From: Gnetum montanum
Lineage: Eukaryota > Plantae > Gnetophyta
Reading direction: 5' to 3'
NCBI GenBank assembly: GCA_015680685.1
Contig: MNCI01001625.1
Location: 217,448 to 281,447, forward strand
DNA: 64,000 nucleotides
Every line of letters begins with the position of its first letter. Position 1 is the stretch's first letter. Both the position numbers and the translations under genes were made by a program. This document shows, in pieces, positions 40,150-54,247 of the stretch. The notes beneath the pieces are model-generated. The model ran no database searches, had not been told where the DNA came from, and was given only the letters and a program-made list of their open reading frames with translations.

Positions 40150-42400
40150 GTGAGACATGAATGAATCTAAACACCATGGGTTTCCACACTAAGGAAACAT
40201 TGCTAAGTGTGGAAGAAGGGAGGGTAACATGCATTCTTACACCCCAAAAACCTAGTTAGCCCAAGTTTGATCCCAAATTGGGCTTTGCATGACCTACAAT
40301 CCCTCCAAGTATCTTTGGCAACCCCAGAACCTTACCAAACCAAGTTAAAACTAGTTCAAACATTAGGATTTGGTATTTCCATGCTGGGAAAGGTTTCATC
40401 CATGTTGAGCATCTCACCCTTAATGTCAATAGATGGGAGGAAGCCAAAAATGACCTAAATTGACTACCTAGTAACAATTTCTTGATGCTCAATGACCCTA
40501 GACCCTATAGAATCCTATAGAGCTTCTAAATGCACCAAAATTAGTCAAATATGACATAAAAATTCCATCCCCCTCTCATCAATGCTGAGGCCCACATGCC
40601 TAGCATGGAAGAGAGGAAGGAAGGAATTGCCTAAGGCACTTAGAAGTCTCCAAACTGATATATCTTGATACTTAGCATTGACTGTCAACCTTGGCAACAC
40701 TAGAGGTTGATATGCATGGTTGATTAACTATTGATTTGGCCTAGATTTGATATTCTTAGTTAAGGAGACCTTTTCCATGCTAAGCATCCTAGTCCCAACA
40801 TGGATAGAAAGGGGGCATTTTGAAAACCCCATCACATCCTTCATAATTACTGAATTTTAACCTTAGACACTAATGGCCTATACCAGGAGCCCTATGGACA
40901 CTCATGCATAGCCTTATTTGACCATAGAAGCTAAAAGTCCCTTAGTGTGGAAAAAGGGAAAGCACAAAAATTTCTTAATAACCTTTGAAATAACTAGATT
41001 TTGACATTAGGTATAGCAGTTGATGCTAGCAACCTTAGAACGCTACATGCATAGCCAAAAATGAAGGTCTCTAAGTTCTTACATGCTACTCAACATGGAG
41101 AAAAGGGAAAAAATATTGGAGGACTCCAAAATAACCTCGAAAGACCTCAAATAAACACCCAAAGGATTTGTGTGTGTCCTAGAACCTTGTTTGCACATCC
41201 TAAGATCCTCAAACCTAATTATATTAATCATGAGTGGTCAAAAAGCCTTTCTCACTAATATTCCATGCTAAGCACGGAAACCTTAGCCTGGAAAAAATGG
41301 AGGAAGCTCAGAAACCACTCAAAACCTCTTGAAACGATTGAATTTTGACACTAGGTTGTAGCAATCAATATTAGCAACCTTAAATACCTACATGCATGAT
41401 CAAACATGATGAAAAAGGGTAAAAATCCATTTCACCCTAGTTTTCCACATTGGGTATACCATCCCCTATGTGAGAAAATAGGGGAAAGCTCAAAAACCCT
41501 CTAAGAAACCTCCATATTGGTCAAACTTAAGCTCAAATCCTAGTCCTTGACCCTAGCAAACCTGGAGGCATACATTCATAGTAGATTAACAACAAAACCA
41601 ACCTAGATCTAGGATTTATAATTCTTTCATATTGGGGATCCATTTTTCCATTTTGTGCATAGTATCCCCAATGTGGAAACTCAAAGTGAAATTTATTTGA
41701 AGCTTCTAAACACCTCAAAATTATGTCAAATGATCTTACATTCAATCTAGAATCCTTTCAATAGCCATTAGAGCCTTCCAAGATCAAGAAAATGATGTCA
41801 AATAGCCAAATTATGATTCACCCCTACTTATCCATGCTAAGCATCCTATTTCTATTATGGAAAATGGGGTGGAAATTAAAAAACACTTGGAAGTACTCAA
41901 AACTACCAAATTTTGACATGGAAACATATCCCTTGGCCCTAGCAACTTTGGCAGCTAACATGCATAATTGATTATGATCCAAATTCACCTAGATCTTGGA
42001 TTCTTACTTCTTCACACTAGAGGAAATTACCCAACAAGGAAAGAAGGTAGAGGAGGGGGTGGGGGTGGTAGAGCTACTTTTCCATGTTTGGTGACAAGAT
42101 GATAGTCCTAGAAGCGAAATATCTATGTCGAAGAAGCCTAGCATCCCATCACCATAATATTTTTCTTTTCTAACCTCATTTCAATCTCTAGAATCCATTT
42201 CCCCCATTTTTCCATGTTGGAGTAACTCCCCTAGCATGGAAACAAACGCAAAGACCTCAAGTACCCTTAAATAGCCTCCAAACATGCTCAAAATTAGGTA
42301 GAAGCCTACAGAATTAAATTATACAACCCTAGGGCCCTAGAAACTTGGTCAAAGTGCTCCTAAGGCATTATGAATTTAAAACCCTAATTAATTCTTGAAG
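40150..42400. repeat. Degenerate CATGGAA-motif tandem array of element C
   Basis: Same motif blocks as 27600-30450. Confidence 0.7.
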
Positions 42401-43001
42401 TTGCCTAATAGCCTTATAGCCTCAAGACATTGCCCACTGAGACTTAAAACTAGAAAAACCTAATCATGTTTAACCTTTATTAGCCAAATTTTACCATATA
42501 TTGCTCATTTTACTTGATTTTTGCCGTATCACATAGTTTTTTCCTTATTTTTGGACCTGTGTTGCATTGTTCATCTCATTAATCTAATATGGCCTTTACA
42601 CAGCCTTATGCGTTCTTTATTCATCTTATTATAGCTTTATTTACCTTTTTTGGCCTTTAAATTGTATCAAATGGTGGGGTTTGATCTTCCCTAACCACTA
42701 TTTAACACATTATGGTAATGGCCTACTAAGGCCTTAAGTTGGCATCATAGTCCACCAAGACTCTACAGTGGCATCATGACCTACTAAGGCCTAAAACTAG
42801 AAAAATCATAGCCTTTGTTGACCATTTTTAGCCTTGATCCTTATACTTTACTTTGTTTAACCTTGGTCTAATCTTTATTTGATCCTTATTGCACTTTGTT
42901 TACTTGTTTTCATCCTATTGATGACCATGGATGATATCATTTGCATTATATTTTCATGTATTTAAATAATTTTATACCATTATTTATTCACTTTTACTTA
43001 G

Positions 43002-46000
43002 GTTCCACTTAATATGCTTTTGAATGACATGAAGGATTAATCTATGAATACTTGGGAGTAAATTAGTTTACGTATGTGTCTACATGGACCTCATGGTAAT
43101 GTTGAATGGTGTATTGACCCTAATTGCCTAGATCTTGATCCTAAGAGTCTTGTAGATCGCATAACATTAATAGAAAAACCCCTAGAATGACTTGAAAACC
43201 TAGTCAAAACCCTTCACATAGAGGCAAGAAACATAACTAAAGACTCTTTAGTTGAGATTTCTATCACAACACATAGTGGTGAGGAGAAAACACTTAAACT
43301 AAATTTCTCACTAGAACCTCAATATGTTCAAGACATCACCAAGGTCCTATAAAATAACATTAAGGCCTTTGCTTAGTCATATGAAGATTTGCTAGACCTA
43401 GACCCTCATTTAGTCTAGCAAAACATCACACTAGACCCTAGCATTAGATCAGTTAAGTAGAAAGTGCAAAAAATTAGACCTAATTATGCCTTGGTAGTTC
43501 ATGATAAAATCTCAAAGATCTACCAAGAAGGTTTCATTAGGCCTATCAACTATACAAGATGAATGTCCAACATATTAGTAGTTCCTAAGAAAATTGAAGT
43601 ATCCATATTTCCATTAACTTTTGAGACCTAAATAAGCAACCATCAAGGATGACTTCCCAATGCCTAGTATTGATCATCTCATTAATACTATGGCCAAACA
43701 TGCCTTATTGTCCTTTATGGATGGATTCTTAGGATATAACTAGATTAGGATCAACTGAAAGCATTAACTTAGCACAACGTTCATAATTCGTTTGGGTTCC
43801 TTTTTTTATACCATGATCCCCTTTGGCATTAAGAATGTAGAAGCAACATACTAGAGATCCATGACCTATATCTTCAGCAATTACATGCTAGGATTGCATA
43901 ATGATCATGTAGATGATATAGCTGTTAAGTTCAAAGTGGCCAATGACCATGCTAATGACCTATATATTGTGCTTAAATAATGCCTTAAGTATGAACTCAA
44001 GCTTAACCCTAAGTAATGTGTATCGGTGTCAAGACTAGTAAGATTCTTTGCTTGATAGTCTCTGAGGTAGGGATATGTGTCAATCCTACTAAGGTTAAGG
44101 CCATATCTAAATTAGTGGTTCCTACCAATCTTAAGGAGCTTTAGGGATTACAAGGTATATTTGAATTCATTCATATATTTATTGCTAGGCTTATAGGTAA
44201 GTTACAACCCATGCAACACTTGATTAAGAAAGGGATTTACTATGATCAAACTACTTAATGTCAAAAGACATTTGAAAACCTTAAGCAAGAGATGGTACAA
44301 CTACAAATAGTCTATCCTCCATAAGAGGGAAAATTATTTTATATCTACCTTGCCATCTTAGATGCATCCATTTCCTCTCTACTCTATCAAAAATGTGATG
44401 ATGAAGTAGAAATTCATGTATAGTACCTTAGTATGCATTAGTAGCCCATGAGACTTGATACACTAAAGTGGAGAAGTATTTTCTAGCACTAGTCTTCTCC
44501 TTGAAGAAGTGGAGATACTACCTCTTCATAAGCCAAGTCAACATCATTTGAAAGAACAACATATTTAGAGCCATAAAGATAAACATCTACAAAAGTATTT
44601 GTATAGCCTAATGAAAAGAAATAATTGTGGAATTTAACCTTCATTATGTCTCTGAATACTCAACAAGAGGTCAAGCTATAGTCATACAACTAATAATTTC
44701 ACCTATTGATGACTAAGCAATCATAGATCTTAAATTCCCTAATGAGCATATTAACATGATAAGCCAAGTGCTTGAGGGATATGAGGTGGTCATGCACTTT
44801 CACAAAGCTTCAACTACCCATGGAACTAGTGTTTTTTCCATCATAACATTCTCATCTTTTGAAATACAATCATTTGCCTATTGCTTTAAATTCCCATGTA
44901 CTAACAACATAACATGGTATGAAGGTTTGATCAATGAAATGATGGTAGTTAGTGACATAGGAATTGGATGCTTAGTGACAAAAGCGATTCACAACTTGTG
45001 GCTAACCAAGTAGCCAAAGTCTATGTATGTAAGGCCAAATACTTATAGCCTTATTATGATCTAGGGAAGTACTTGTTACAAAAATTCATAGATGTTGAGA
45101 TCCAACACATACCCTAGAATGAGAACGCTATAGCTGATGTGATTGCAACATTAGCCCTTAATGTAACACTAGATGTGTTTAGTAAGTTGTCCACCTTAAC
45201 TATGAACTATGCTATTTCCATCACACAAAACACTAAGGATACCATTGTGGCTACCATTCATACTACACCTACCAAGGAGTGGTATGATGATATCAAATTT
45301 TACCTTATGCATGATGAATCCTTGCAAGGCATGACTACTACTTAGAAGGACATTGTATGCAAGCAATTGAAGTGGTATATCATTGTAGGTGATAACACAT
45401 TATGTTGACGATCCTATGATGACATACTCCTAAAGTGCTTAGGTAAAACTAAAGTTGGAACAGTCCTAGATGAGGTTCATGAAGGTGTTTGTGGAGGACA
45501 TATAGGACCTAGAGCCATGGCCACTAAAATTAGATGGTTAGGCTACTATTAGCCTCATATGAAAAAATGATTGCCTGTAGAAGATTAAGTAGTATGAAAC
45601 ACGGCAATAATATATCAACCTTATACATGTATCACCAACGAAGTTACATACAACCCAAATAACATGGTCATTTCAATGATGGAGATTGAATATCATTTGA
45701 CCTATAACACCTAAGACTTCAATATGGCATAGCTTTATCATCACTACAACCAAATACTTTACCAAGTGGGTTGAGGCTATTTCCCTAAGGAAGACTATAT
45801 GTAAACAATTCTGCAAATTCATCCTAGATAACATTGTAGTCTATTTCAACATACCCATGATCATAGTTATAGATAATGGATCATAATTTAGTAGCCATGA
45901 AACAAAAAATTTCTATCATAGCCTAGGAATTAAACATTCTTTCTCATTGCCATATTACCCTCAAGCCAATGGACAAGGAAAAGCAAGCATTAAGGCCATC

Positions 46001-49000
46001 ATCAACTTACTCGACTCAACAATAGCAAATGCAAGTGGAATGAGTAGCTTGTCCATGCACTATGGACATACAGAACAACCTATTGCATGGAAATCAATAT
46101 GACCCCTTATAGCTTGGTTTATGGTTTTGAAGTTATTTTACCTCTGGAATTATAGGTGCCATCACTCCAGATGGCCTTGGTCGACTTCATCAATGATGAG
46201 CAAAACATGAAGTTGCAAATAGAAAACTTGCAGTTAGTGGAGAAGCAATGTATGCAAGTGCTTGCTTACATCAAATACTATGAAGAAAGGTAGAAGAAAA
46301 AACATCATCATAACTTGATCATGTGCAAGATCAAAGAAGTTAACTTGGTTTTCTAAGCCATTCATGAGTGCATGTCCAAGTTCTCAACCAACTAGGAAGG
46401 GCCTTTACTTATCACCATAGCCTATGGGAATGAAGCATTCAAAATAGCTGAGCCATGAAATGAAATATTTTTGTCACAACTTAGGCATTAAACATTCTTT
46501 ATCATCACCATATTACCCTCAAGCCAATGGACAAGTAGAATTAAGCATTAATGCCATCATTAACTTACTTAAAAAGATACTCAATAATAGTAAATGCAAG
46601 TGTCATGAGAAACTTGTTCATGCACTATGGGCTTATAGAAAAACCTATCAAATGAAAACTGGTATGACCCCTTATAGCTTGGTTTGTGATTCTAAAGCTA
46701 TTTTACCCCTTGAATTACAGGTTCCATTGCTTCAAGTGGCCTTGACTAACTTCATCAATAATGAGAAAAATAAGGAGTTGTGAATAGCAATCCTTGACTC
46801 AATGGATAAGCAACATATGTAAATGCTTGCTCACATCAAACACTATCAAGAGAGTTAGAACCAACAACATCACCATAACTTGACCATCTCCAAGATCAAA
46901 GAAGGTGACTTGGCTCTCCAAGCCATCCACAAGCACAGATACAAATTCTCAACCAACTAGGAAGAACCCTTACTTGTCATCATAGCCTATGCGAATGAAG
47001 CACTCAAAATAGTTGTCATGAATGTGTTGGCACATTTGGCCATTTCATGAAATAGTTGGACTATCATATCTAAAATTGGAATAACCAGTGTTTAAGAATT
47101 TGAAAGTAAAACATATAGCTTAAAAGTTGGCTGAAGAATGTTTGGGAGTTATTCTCTACTAAATAAAATGCTGTTGAGGCCTTATTGGGATATATAAATA
47201 AAGTGCCAAATTATCTCTTTAGCAAACAAGAGTTATATTATTCACATTATTCACCCGAGCGAGCAGGAAGAAAGTGACTGATTTCTTTATGTAAGACTGA
47301 GGTGTTTGAGTAATATGGCAGTAAAATGCAGGATGAATTCATTCATAGAATAGGTGATTTCAGAGAAAATGGAGCTAACTTGAATTCAGAGCAGAAAGAA
47401 ACGATCGGCAATAAAATACTTAGCGTTGCTGAGTCTCAGAATAAGACTAATACGGAAAATGGCAGTTCTTCCACTGACCATTCTAATTCCGTTTCTAATT
47501 CCGTTCGGATTCACCAGAAAACTACATAAAAACGAAAGTAAAATCTAATGTTGTTTCTCAATATATTTCAAGAACACAGATTTCAAGAACGTAGTAATGG
47601 TAGCAGTTTTAATTCACTCCAGGAAATCGTCATGGGAGTGCAAGAAACCCATTCTAAAGCCGAAGTTTCTTGCTAAAATTTATTTTTGACAGTAGACAGA
47701 CTACAATCAGTAACGCAAAAAATTTGTATTCTAGAAATCCATAGAGAAGGACATGTGTATGGTTTTGAGGTGCTGCCGTCAGAGCCGCTGTTTGTAAATT
47801 TGGGGCTGCGGTGGCCAAAAAAACGAAGAACATCAGTCGCAGCCAAAACTAGTATTTCCTTCCACCTGAAACCAGAATCATGCTCTATTCTTTCTGCAGC
47901 AACTTATGACAACAAGACTATTTTATCGGCGCACTGAGCGGGCGGGTTAAACTGACGCATTTACAAGAGACACCTGCACAACACGCGGGGCCACATATAC
48001 GACATAATGGCCAATGGTGGATGCATCAGTTTCTTCTTCGTTTGCGGCCCTTTCAAGCAGCACAAATTCTACCGTGTGGAGGCACCCACATGGATCTTGG
48101 ATCTGCACACAGGAGCCAATCTGATGAGGCCAACGCACACTGTCCCAGAAATGATGAATCTCTGCACCTTGTTTTTTTTTTAAATGGTGATCATGAGCAT
48201 CAGTAACCACCAAAAAGGCCCGCGTTATCGATCTATTCTTGTCTGTTTCTTTCTTGGATATTTCCATAACAGACATATTTTCTATACGGAAAGCAAGAAA
48301 TTCAGATTCGAGTTACAGAAAAAAAAGAAGAGAGGCTAGGGTTGGTGTTGTATGTAATACTCTGGCAGTGTGGTCGTGTCCAACAATCCGCAATTGCAGG
48401 AGTTAGCACCAGAATGGCGGGTTAGAGTACGTGGTAGCTTTTATTGGTTTTATGCAAAGGTAAGAAAAAAAATGAACCAGCAGATTACCAGGGAAGACGA
48501 AGAATATTATTTTTAGCCATTAACTCTACCGCTTTCACTCACATTTGCAACAAGGTGTATGTAAAATTATCTTATTACTACTACTCGTGTATAACTTTAC
48601 GAAAGCATCGATGGTTTAAATATCAAACAAATTAATCAAAATATATATATATATATTATAACCATTAAAATACCTATAGTGTGAAGCCTTGGTTTAAAAA
48701 CTCTCCTTTAATTTAATTATTATTCCAAGACTTAGAACTTTTTTTTAATTATATATATAGGTTACTATTCATAAAAATATTTGCAATATTGATGTTAAAA
48801 TATTTAAAATAATTATGATATTTATAATANGAGAAGTTAGGTGAGATATTTTTGAATATGTAACTTCCCTACCTACCTTTGAACCCTATAAAAAGGCTTT
48901 AGGGGTCAAGGACGATGACATTGGGGAACTTTTGGAAGGTCTCATACATCACACTTTTGGAGATCACACTTTGGAAGGCTACTAGTTAGCACTTGGGCTC

Positions 49001-50131
49001 TCACTTGAAGACACACTTTGGGCCTTGAGAAGAGCATTTGTAAAGAATATTTGTAAAGAAGATTGCTTGTAAGATGACTTGATAAAGAAAAGATTACAGC
49101 CTCTTTGTCATAGTCCTGTGAGTTATGTTTTATTTTTGTTTTGTTTAAATTGCTTAGCTAGTGGTTTAGATAGTATCATCCTTGGCAAGTAATTTTGGGA
49201 TTTTTAGATTGCTCTTACTGTTCTTGTTTCCCGATAGAAATTTCTATTAAAATTTTTCCATAGAAGTGCTTATGTTTAAAAGCCTTAAAATCATTTTAGT
49301 AGTAAATTTTGTTATTGTGCAACGTGTGGGAATTGCTATTGGGATTGTTGTAAGAGAGCCTCTGNNNNNNNNNNNNNNNNNNNNNNNNNNNNNNNNNNNN
49401 NNNNNNNNNNNNNNNNNNNNNNNNNNNNNNNNNNNNNNNNNNNNNNNNNNNNNNNNNNNNNNNNNNNNNNNNNNNNNNNNNNNNNNNNNNNNNNNNNNNN
49501 NNNNNNNNNNNNNNNNNNNNNNNNNNNNNNNNNNNNNNNNNNNNNNNNNNNNNNNNNNNNNNNNNNNNNNNNNNNNNNNNNNNNNNNNNNNNNNNNNNNN
49601 NNNNNNNNNNNNNNNNNNNNNNNNNNNNNNNNNNNNNNNNNNNNNNNNNNNNNNNNNNNNNNNNNNNNNGAATCTTGCTCTATTTCTAGTTTTCTTGTGG
49701 AACTATCTCTTTCTCTGGGGAAAATTAGGAGTAGATTTGTGGAGTTGTGCTCAAATTTTTTCACAAAATTTTATTTGTTACAAGTAGGTATTATAAGGAC
49801 CACATAGACTAGGTAGTTGAACAAAATAGGAAACTTTCAACAACTCACAGTACTTGGCAAAGTTGGCTGAATCTCTTTAAAGTAAGTCATTTATAGTTTA
49901 ATCACAATGCAATCATTACATTTCACACAACCGCATGCCACAACAGCACATACACATACTCACATTAACTACTAAGTTTATTTGGAGGTATCTAGGCCTT
50001 GGTGTTGCCAGAGACTAGCAGGCACCTAAATCCTGTTCGAGGACACTCGTTGGTGGTCACGTCCCAAATGGTCGCAAACAGAATGGAAATGAGATGGCCA
50101 ATCCAGTCAATCATTCCTATCTAAAGCCATA
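43002..50131 (+). pseudogene. pol: pol of element C (heavily decayed; integrase C-terminal part duplicated and interrupted by a solo LTR)
   Basis: HVDDIAVKF RT motif (~43905), CTNNITWYEGL aRH, YYPQANGQVE integrase. The last codons resume at 50086 (…EMANPVNHSYLKPYYM*). Confidence 0.9.
47025..50080 (+). mobile_element. Probable solo LTR (~3 kb including a gap) of an unrelated, younger family
   Basis: TGTTGGC...GCAAACA termini with an imperfect ~17-bp inverted repeat; perfect TSD GAATG (47020-47024 and 50081-50085); CCCTATAAAAAGG TATA near 48885; CpG retained; no coding domains. Confidence 0.8.
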
Positions 50132-50391
50132 CTACATGTAGCCAACAATCATCAACAAGAAATCTTACTTTCAATAGTGTACTATGATCTTAAACTAGCA
50201 ACATAGCCTACTAGGGCCTTAAACTAGTACCATGGCCTACCACAACTTTAAACTAGATACTTTGGTGACCTAGATAGCTTGATTCACATGTGGGCTATGT
50301 GCATTGTAGCATAATAATATGTAGTGGTGTTTTGTATTCTTTATCAGTGCCTCTCAGGTCCATCCTCTAGACACCAACAAGGATGAGTCAT

Positions 50392-51921
50392 TGAAACACC
50401 ATCAAAACTTGCATGTTATAGCTAATTTTCATCATGTAGATTTTACCACATGAAAATCAATGGAAAAAATCATTGTAAATGTGAAGATTGTAATCCACGG
50501 TGGGCAATTTTACATCATAATTTTGAACGTAAAAAATGCCCCAAAGGAGATCAAAGCCTCATTCACCAAGTGAAAAAAGTCACCTAGTGTATATATTTGG
50601 ACTTTTTGGGGGGTCAAAATGCCTTTTGGAATGCCAAAAAGGATAATTTGATGGGTTTTATGAAGGGGTATACACTTTTCTACACTAGAAACACATGTAA
50701 GAGAGGTAAATCTCACCTACCACACAACATGAAAGGATGGGGATTTTCGAAACTTTCTCCCTTCACCGTGGAGACTACATGCATAGCTTGGACACCTTTC
50801 CCCTCAACATGAATGTTTTCCCTAACATGGATCCCTCATCCCTAATGTTGAATATTGCATCCCCTAGTGTGGAAGTGGCAAAAGAAAAAATTCATCACTT
50901 CATGCACTTCAATGTTGACCAGCCACTTCAGTAAGCATAGTGGAGAGCTTGGCGTGGAAGATTCATCTCTAGCATGGAAGGTGTGCCCTAGTTACTATTT
51001 ATAATAAATAGAACAACCATGGAGGAAGGAACTTACTATGTATATTAATCCCTCAAATTTTGGAACCCATATCACCTAAACGAGGTAGAAATTTTGCAAC
51101 AATTTGGCAGCCATTTCCATCCAAACAACAACCATTTTGTAGCACCATTCATGGCCCAAAACCTATCAAAACTAGTCTCAAATACCATTTACAATTTCAG
51201 CAATTCTCTCAAGGTTCCACATTTTACACACTTTTGCATACAAAATTGTTCATAATTCTAAACTTGGGCATTGTCAAGCACTCAATAGTTCTTACAAGTT
51301 TCCACACTTATATTATCTTGAGCCTAGCATAGAAACCCCATGACCTTATGACCTTGTAACCATCTTTGGGATTTGTGAATTTTCAAGCTCCACACAACAC
51401 TCCTAGGATTTCCAACTCCTAGTGTAGAGCATTTGGATAGCTTAGATTCTTCACATTTCTCAATCCCCATCATAGCCAATGTTGCAAATCTAAGATTGTA
51501 GTTTTGAGAAAGGTTTGAAAGCATCAGGAGTGGCTTAGCACCTAGATCATGGAGTAGATTGCATTAGCTTCAACGGGCTTTGAAATATTGCACTAGTGAA
51601 CCCAGCCCCGTTAGCTACTCATTTAGGCACCATTTGTACACATTTCTCTAACTTATTCTTTATTTTTTCTCAATAAAGTTTTAAGTGTTGGCTTTTGTAT
51701 ACAAAATACATTTGTTTGTTATTTATGCATTATTCAGATCTAGTATTAATTTTGCATTTTTTTTCACCATTCTTTGCATTCCATAAGTCCTTGGTTGATC
51801 TACTGGACTAGCCAAGGCATCCCAAATCCCATTTTTTCATTGAGGCCTTAGAGATTTATGGGTTAAGGAACTGTTGCATCAAGGATCTTTGATTTTCCAA
51901 TGACTAAGGTTTTCAGTTGCA
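50392..51921 (+). repeat. 3' LTR of element C
   Basis: TGAAACACC...GTTTTCAGTTGCA, preceded by a purine tract; homologous to 34695-36206. Confidence 0.87.
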
Positions 51922-53240
51922 ATATGTGGTATACATTTTAAAAATGAGAAGATATGTATTTCCAATTATGATTTTAGAGGCAAAATTATTTTACAAATAC
52001 ATTATGAAAGGTTGGTAGGCCACATGGAAAAGGATAAGATCCTTAAACTTCTTAGGAGAAGCTATCTTTGACCAAGTATTTCTACCAATGTTTCCAAATT
52101 TGAGATGAAATATCTTAGATGCCAAAAATTCAAAGGGAAGAAAGGTGTTGATAAGCATTATTTATTATTTCGAATTTCTAAATAATCATGCAAGAGTGTG
52201 TCAATGAATTACATGAGGAAAATTCAAAAGACAAGGAATATTAATGATGAGTGATTTATAGGTTTACTAAAATGGCACATTTTATTCAATGTAGGAAGAT
52301 TACTGATGCTTCTCATGTTTCTAACTTACTTTTCTAGCATGTTGTTAGGTTGCATAGTGTTTCACTAGTAATTATGGGTGATAGGAAATCCAAATTTACT
52401 AGTCAATTCTAGAAATATTTTTAGAGAATTATGGAAATAAATAGGAATTTCTTAAGTTTCTATCATCCTTAATCTAATGTGCAAAATGAAGTGGTAACAA
52501 AATCATTATTCAAAATATTAAGAATTATTGTATCAAGTAGAAGACTTTTCTATCTCATGTGAAATTCTCTTACAATAATGCATTTCATTTTAGCATTTGA
52601 AAGAGTTATTTTAAATTAATTTATTAGATTAGTCCAAGAATGTTTCATGGTATCAAGTATTTTAATTGGAAGGCATAATTTAATGCTAGATTCGTACAAG
52701 ATATGAAAGACTTACATGCCAAAGTAAGAGAAAGGTTGGTCAAGAAGGTTGAAAAAGTGTTCAAATGAAGAATGAGAATAAGATGAAGCTTAAGTTTGAG
52801 GTTGATAATTTGATGTGAGCCTATCTACATAAGAAGAGGATAAGAAGAATCAATTTCAAAAAAAATCAAAGCTAAGAAGATAGGGACATTTAAAATTAAC
52901 ACCAAAATTAATGATAATACTTTTGAAATACTAATTCCTAGTGATGTTGGCATGAGTTTTGTATTTAATGTTATAGATTTGACTCATTATCATGGATCAT
53001 TAGATGATCAAACCTTAGAGTGTAGCATGGAGAAGTTGAAGGCTATCATTATTATCTCAAAGTCTTCAAGAAAGAGAAAGAAAATTGTCTTAAATAAGAG
53101 AGAAAATTCAACACAAAGAATATAGAGGTTTAATTAGTTGATCCATTGTAAGGATAAAAATACTATACATGTTATGTGGATATATGAGATCCAATTAGAT
53201 GAGTAGGACATCACCACTACCCTAACTTTCTTATTCACAT
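51922..53240 (+). pseudogene. pol: Chromovirus (CRM-like) integrase with chromodomain-like tail, highly decayed
   Basis: GLVGHMEKDKILKLL..YL*PS; RFTKMAHFIQCRKITDASHVSNL; KIGTFKINTKINDNTFEILIPSDVGMSFVFNVIDL; chromodomain-like …LIHCKDK..HVMWI. Confidence 0.75.
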
Positions 53241-53268
53241 GAGTTCACATTTTGAAGGATGGTAGAGC

Positions 53269-54247
53269 TAGTGTAGATATACCTTCCTTTCATTTGATAT
53301 GTCTCTACATTATCTTTGGAAGTCATCATTTTTTTTTTACTTTATTTGAAGGTCAAAATAATGTTTTTGAGTTGGTATGAACTACAACAAGATAATGGCT
53401 CACAATAGAACACAATTTGGGGATTGAAAGAGGGTTGAGGATTACAATGAACCCAGAATATAGTTTTTAAAAAGATCAAGCTATATACTAAACTATGATG
53501 GAGGTGTGACTCATGGAAGATTGAAGTTTGATTAGAATTGCTATTAAAGGTTGCTATTTTCAGCCCATCACATTGATAAGAAGGTATGTTTTCAAATTCT
53601 ATTTCTAGATGAATAGCATAATACTACAACCTACAATTTTCTAGACTAATATTAACTCATCTCACATGTTTGTTGCCTAGAAAGTTGTAGATATCTATGA
53701 TCTATAAAGCCTCATAGCCAATTTGGGACTATGGGTGGACTATGATTTTTAATTCCTCATAATAGACAACGTAAATATTTTTGCATATGTTTTAAAATTA
53801 CAAAATAATATGAATTTGAAGAAAATATTCTAAATACCAAAAGAAAATAAAATTTGAGGATCTTTACAATTTTTGAATATTTTGAAAAACAAGGAGAAGG
53901 CTCTAAAGAATGTGTATGATTTCATTGAGCATTATGTGAGCTCTTTGGTACTTTGATTATGATCCTTTGAGTGAGTTGAAGATTATGAGGGATGCTAGGC
54001 CTCATGCCTTTCATTCATTATTGAGTGTTGAGAGGTTTTGATGTATTTGGAAGGCTTAAAGCTTTTATAGATCATTTTCTTATATGTTCATGAACATAAT
54101 ACACTTGTAATTAGTGTATCTTTTAGCTTTCATGCTCATAGTTTTTTTCTTTCTACTTCATTATGCATGAATTGGGAACCTTACATGTTGAAATTGAAGA
54201 ACAGTTTTGCTTTAAATGAGTAGGAATGATTTATTAAGTTTCTATCA
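53269..54247 (+). repeat. Possible 3' LTR of the chromovirus remnant
   Basis: Follows the purine tract GAAGGATGGTAGAG; TATAAA near 53703; candidate ...TATCA end. No partner copy in the window. Confidence 0.4.

Larger units (their letters stand above)
36207..51921 (+). mobile_element. Element C: 3' portion of a Tat element (antisense gene, pol, 3' LTR), interrupted by a solo LTR
   Basis: Antisense gene exons at 36207-39567, pol at 43002-50131, LTR at 50392-51921. Confidence 0.87.

Noticed and set aside
47947-48276. 109-aa ORF and overlapping ORFs in the solo LTR
   Set aside because: No recognisable motif; short overlapping ORFs are expected in GC-richer LTR sequence.
25627-51921. B and C as a segmental tandem duplication
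   Set aside because: They are too diverged, and B's LTR ends inside C's antisense exon, which indicates nested insertion of related elements.
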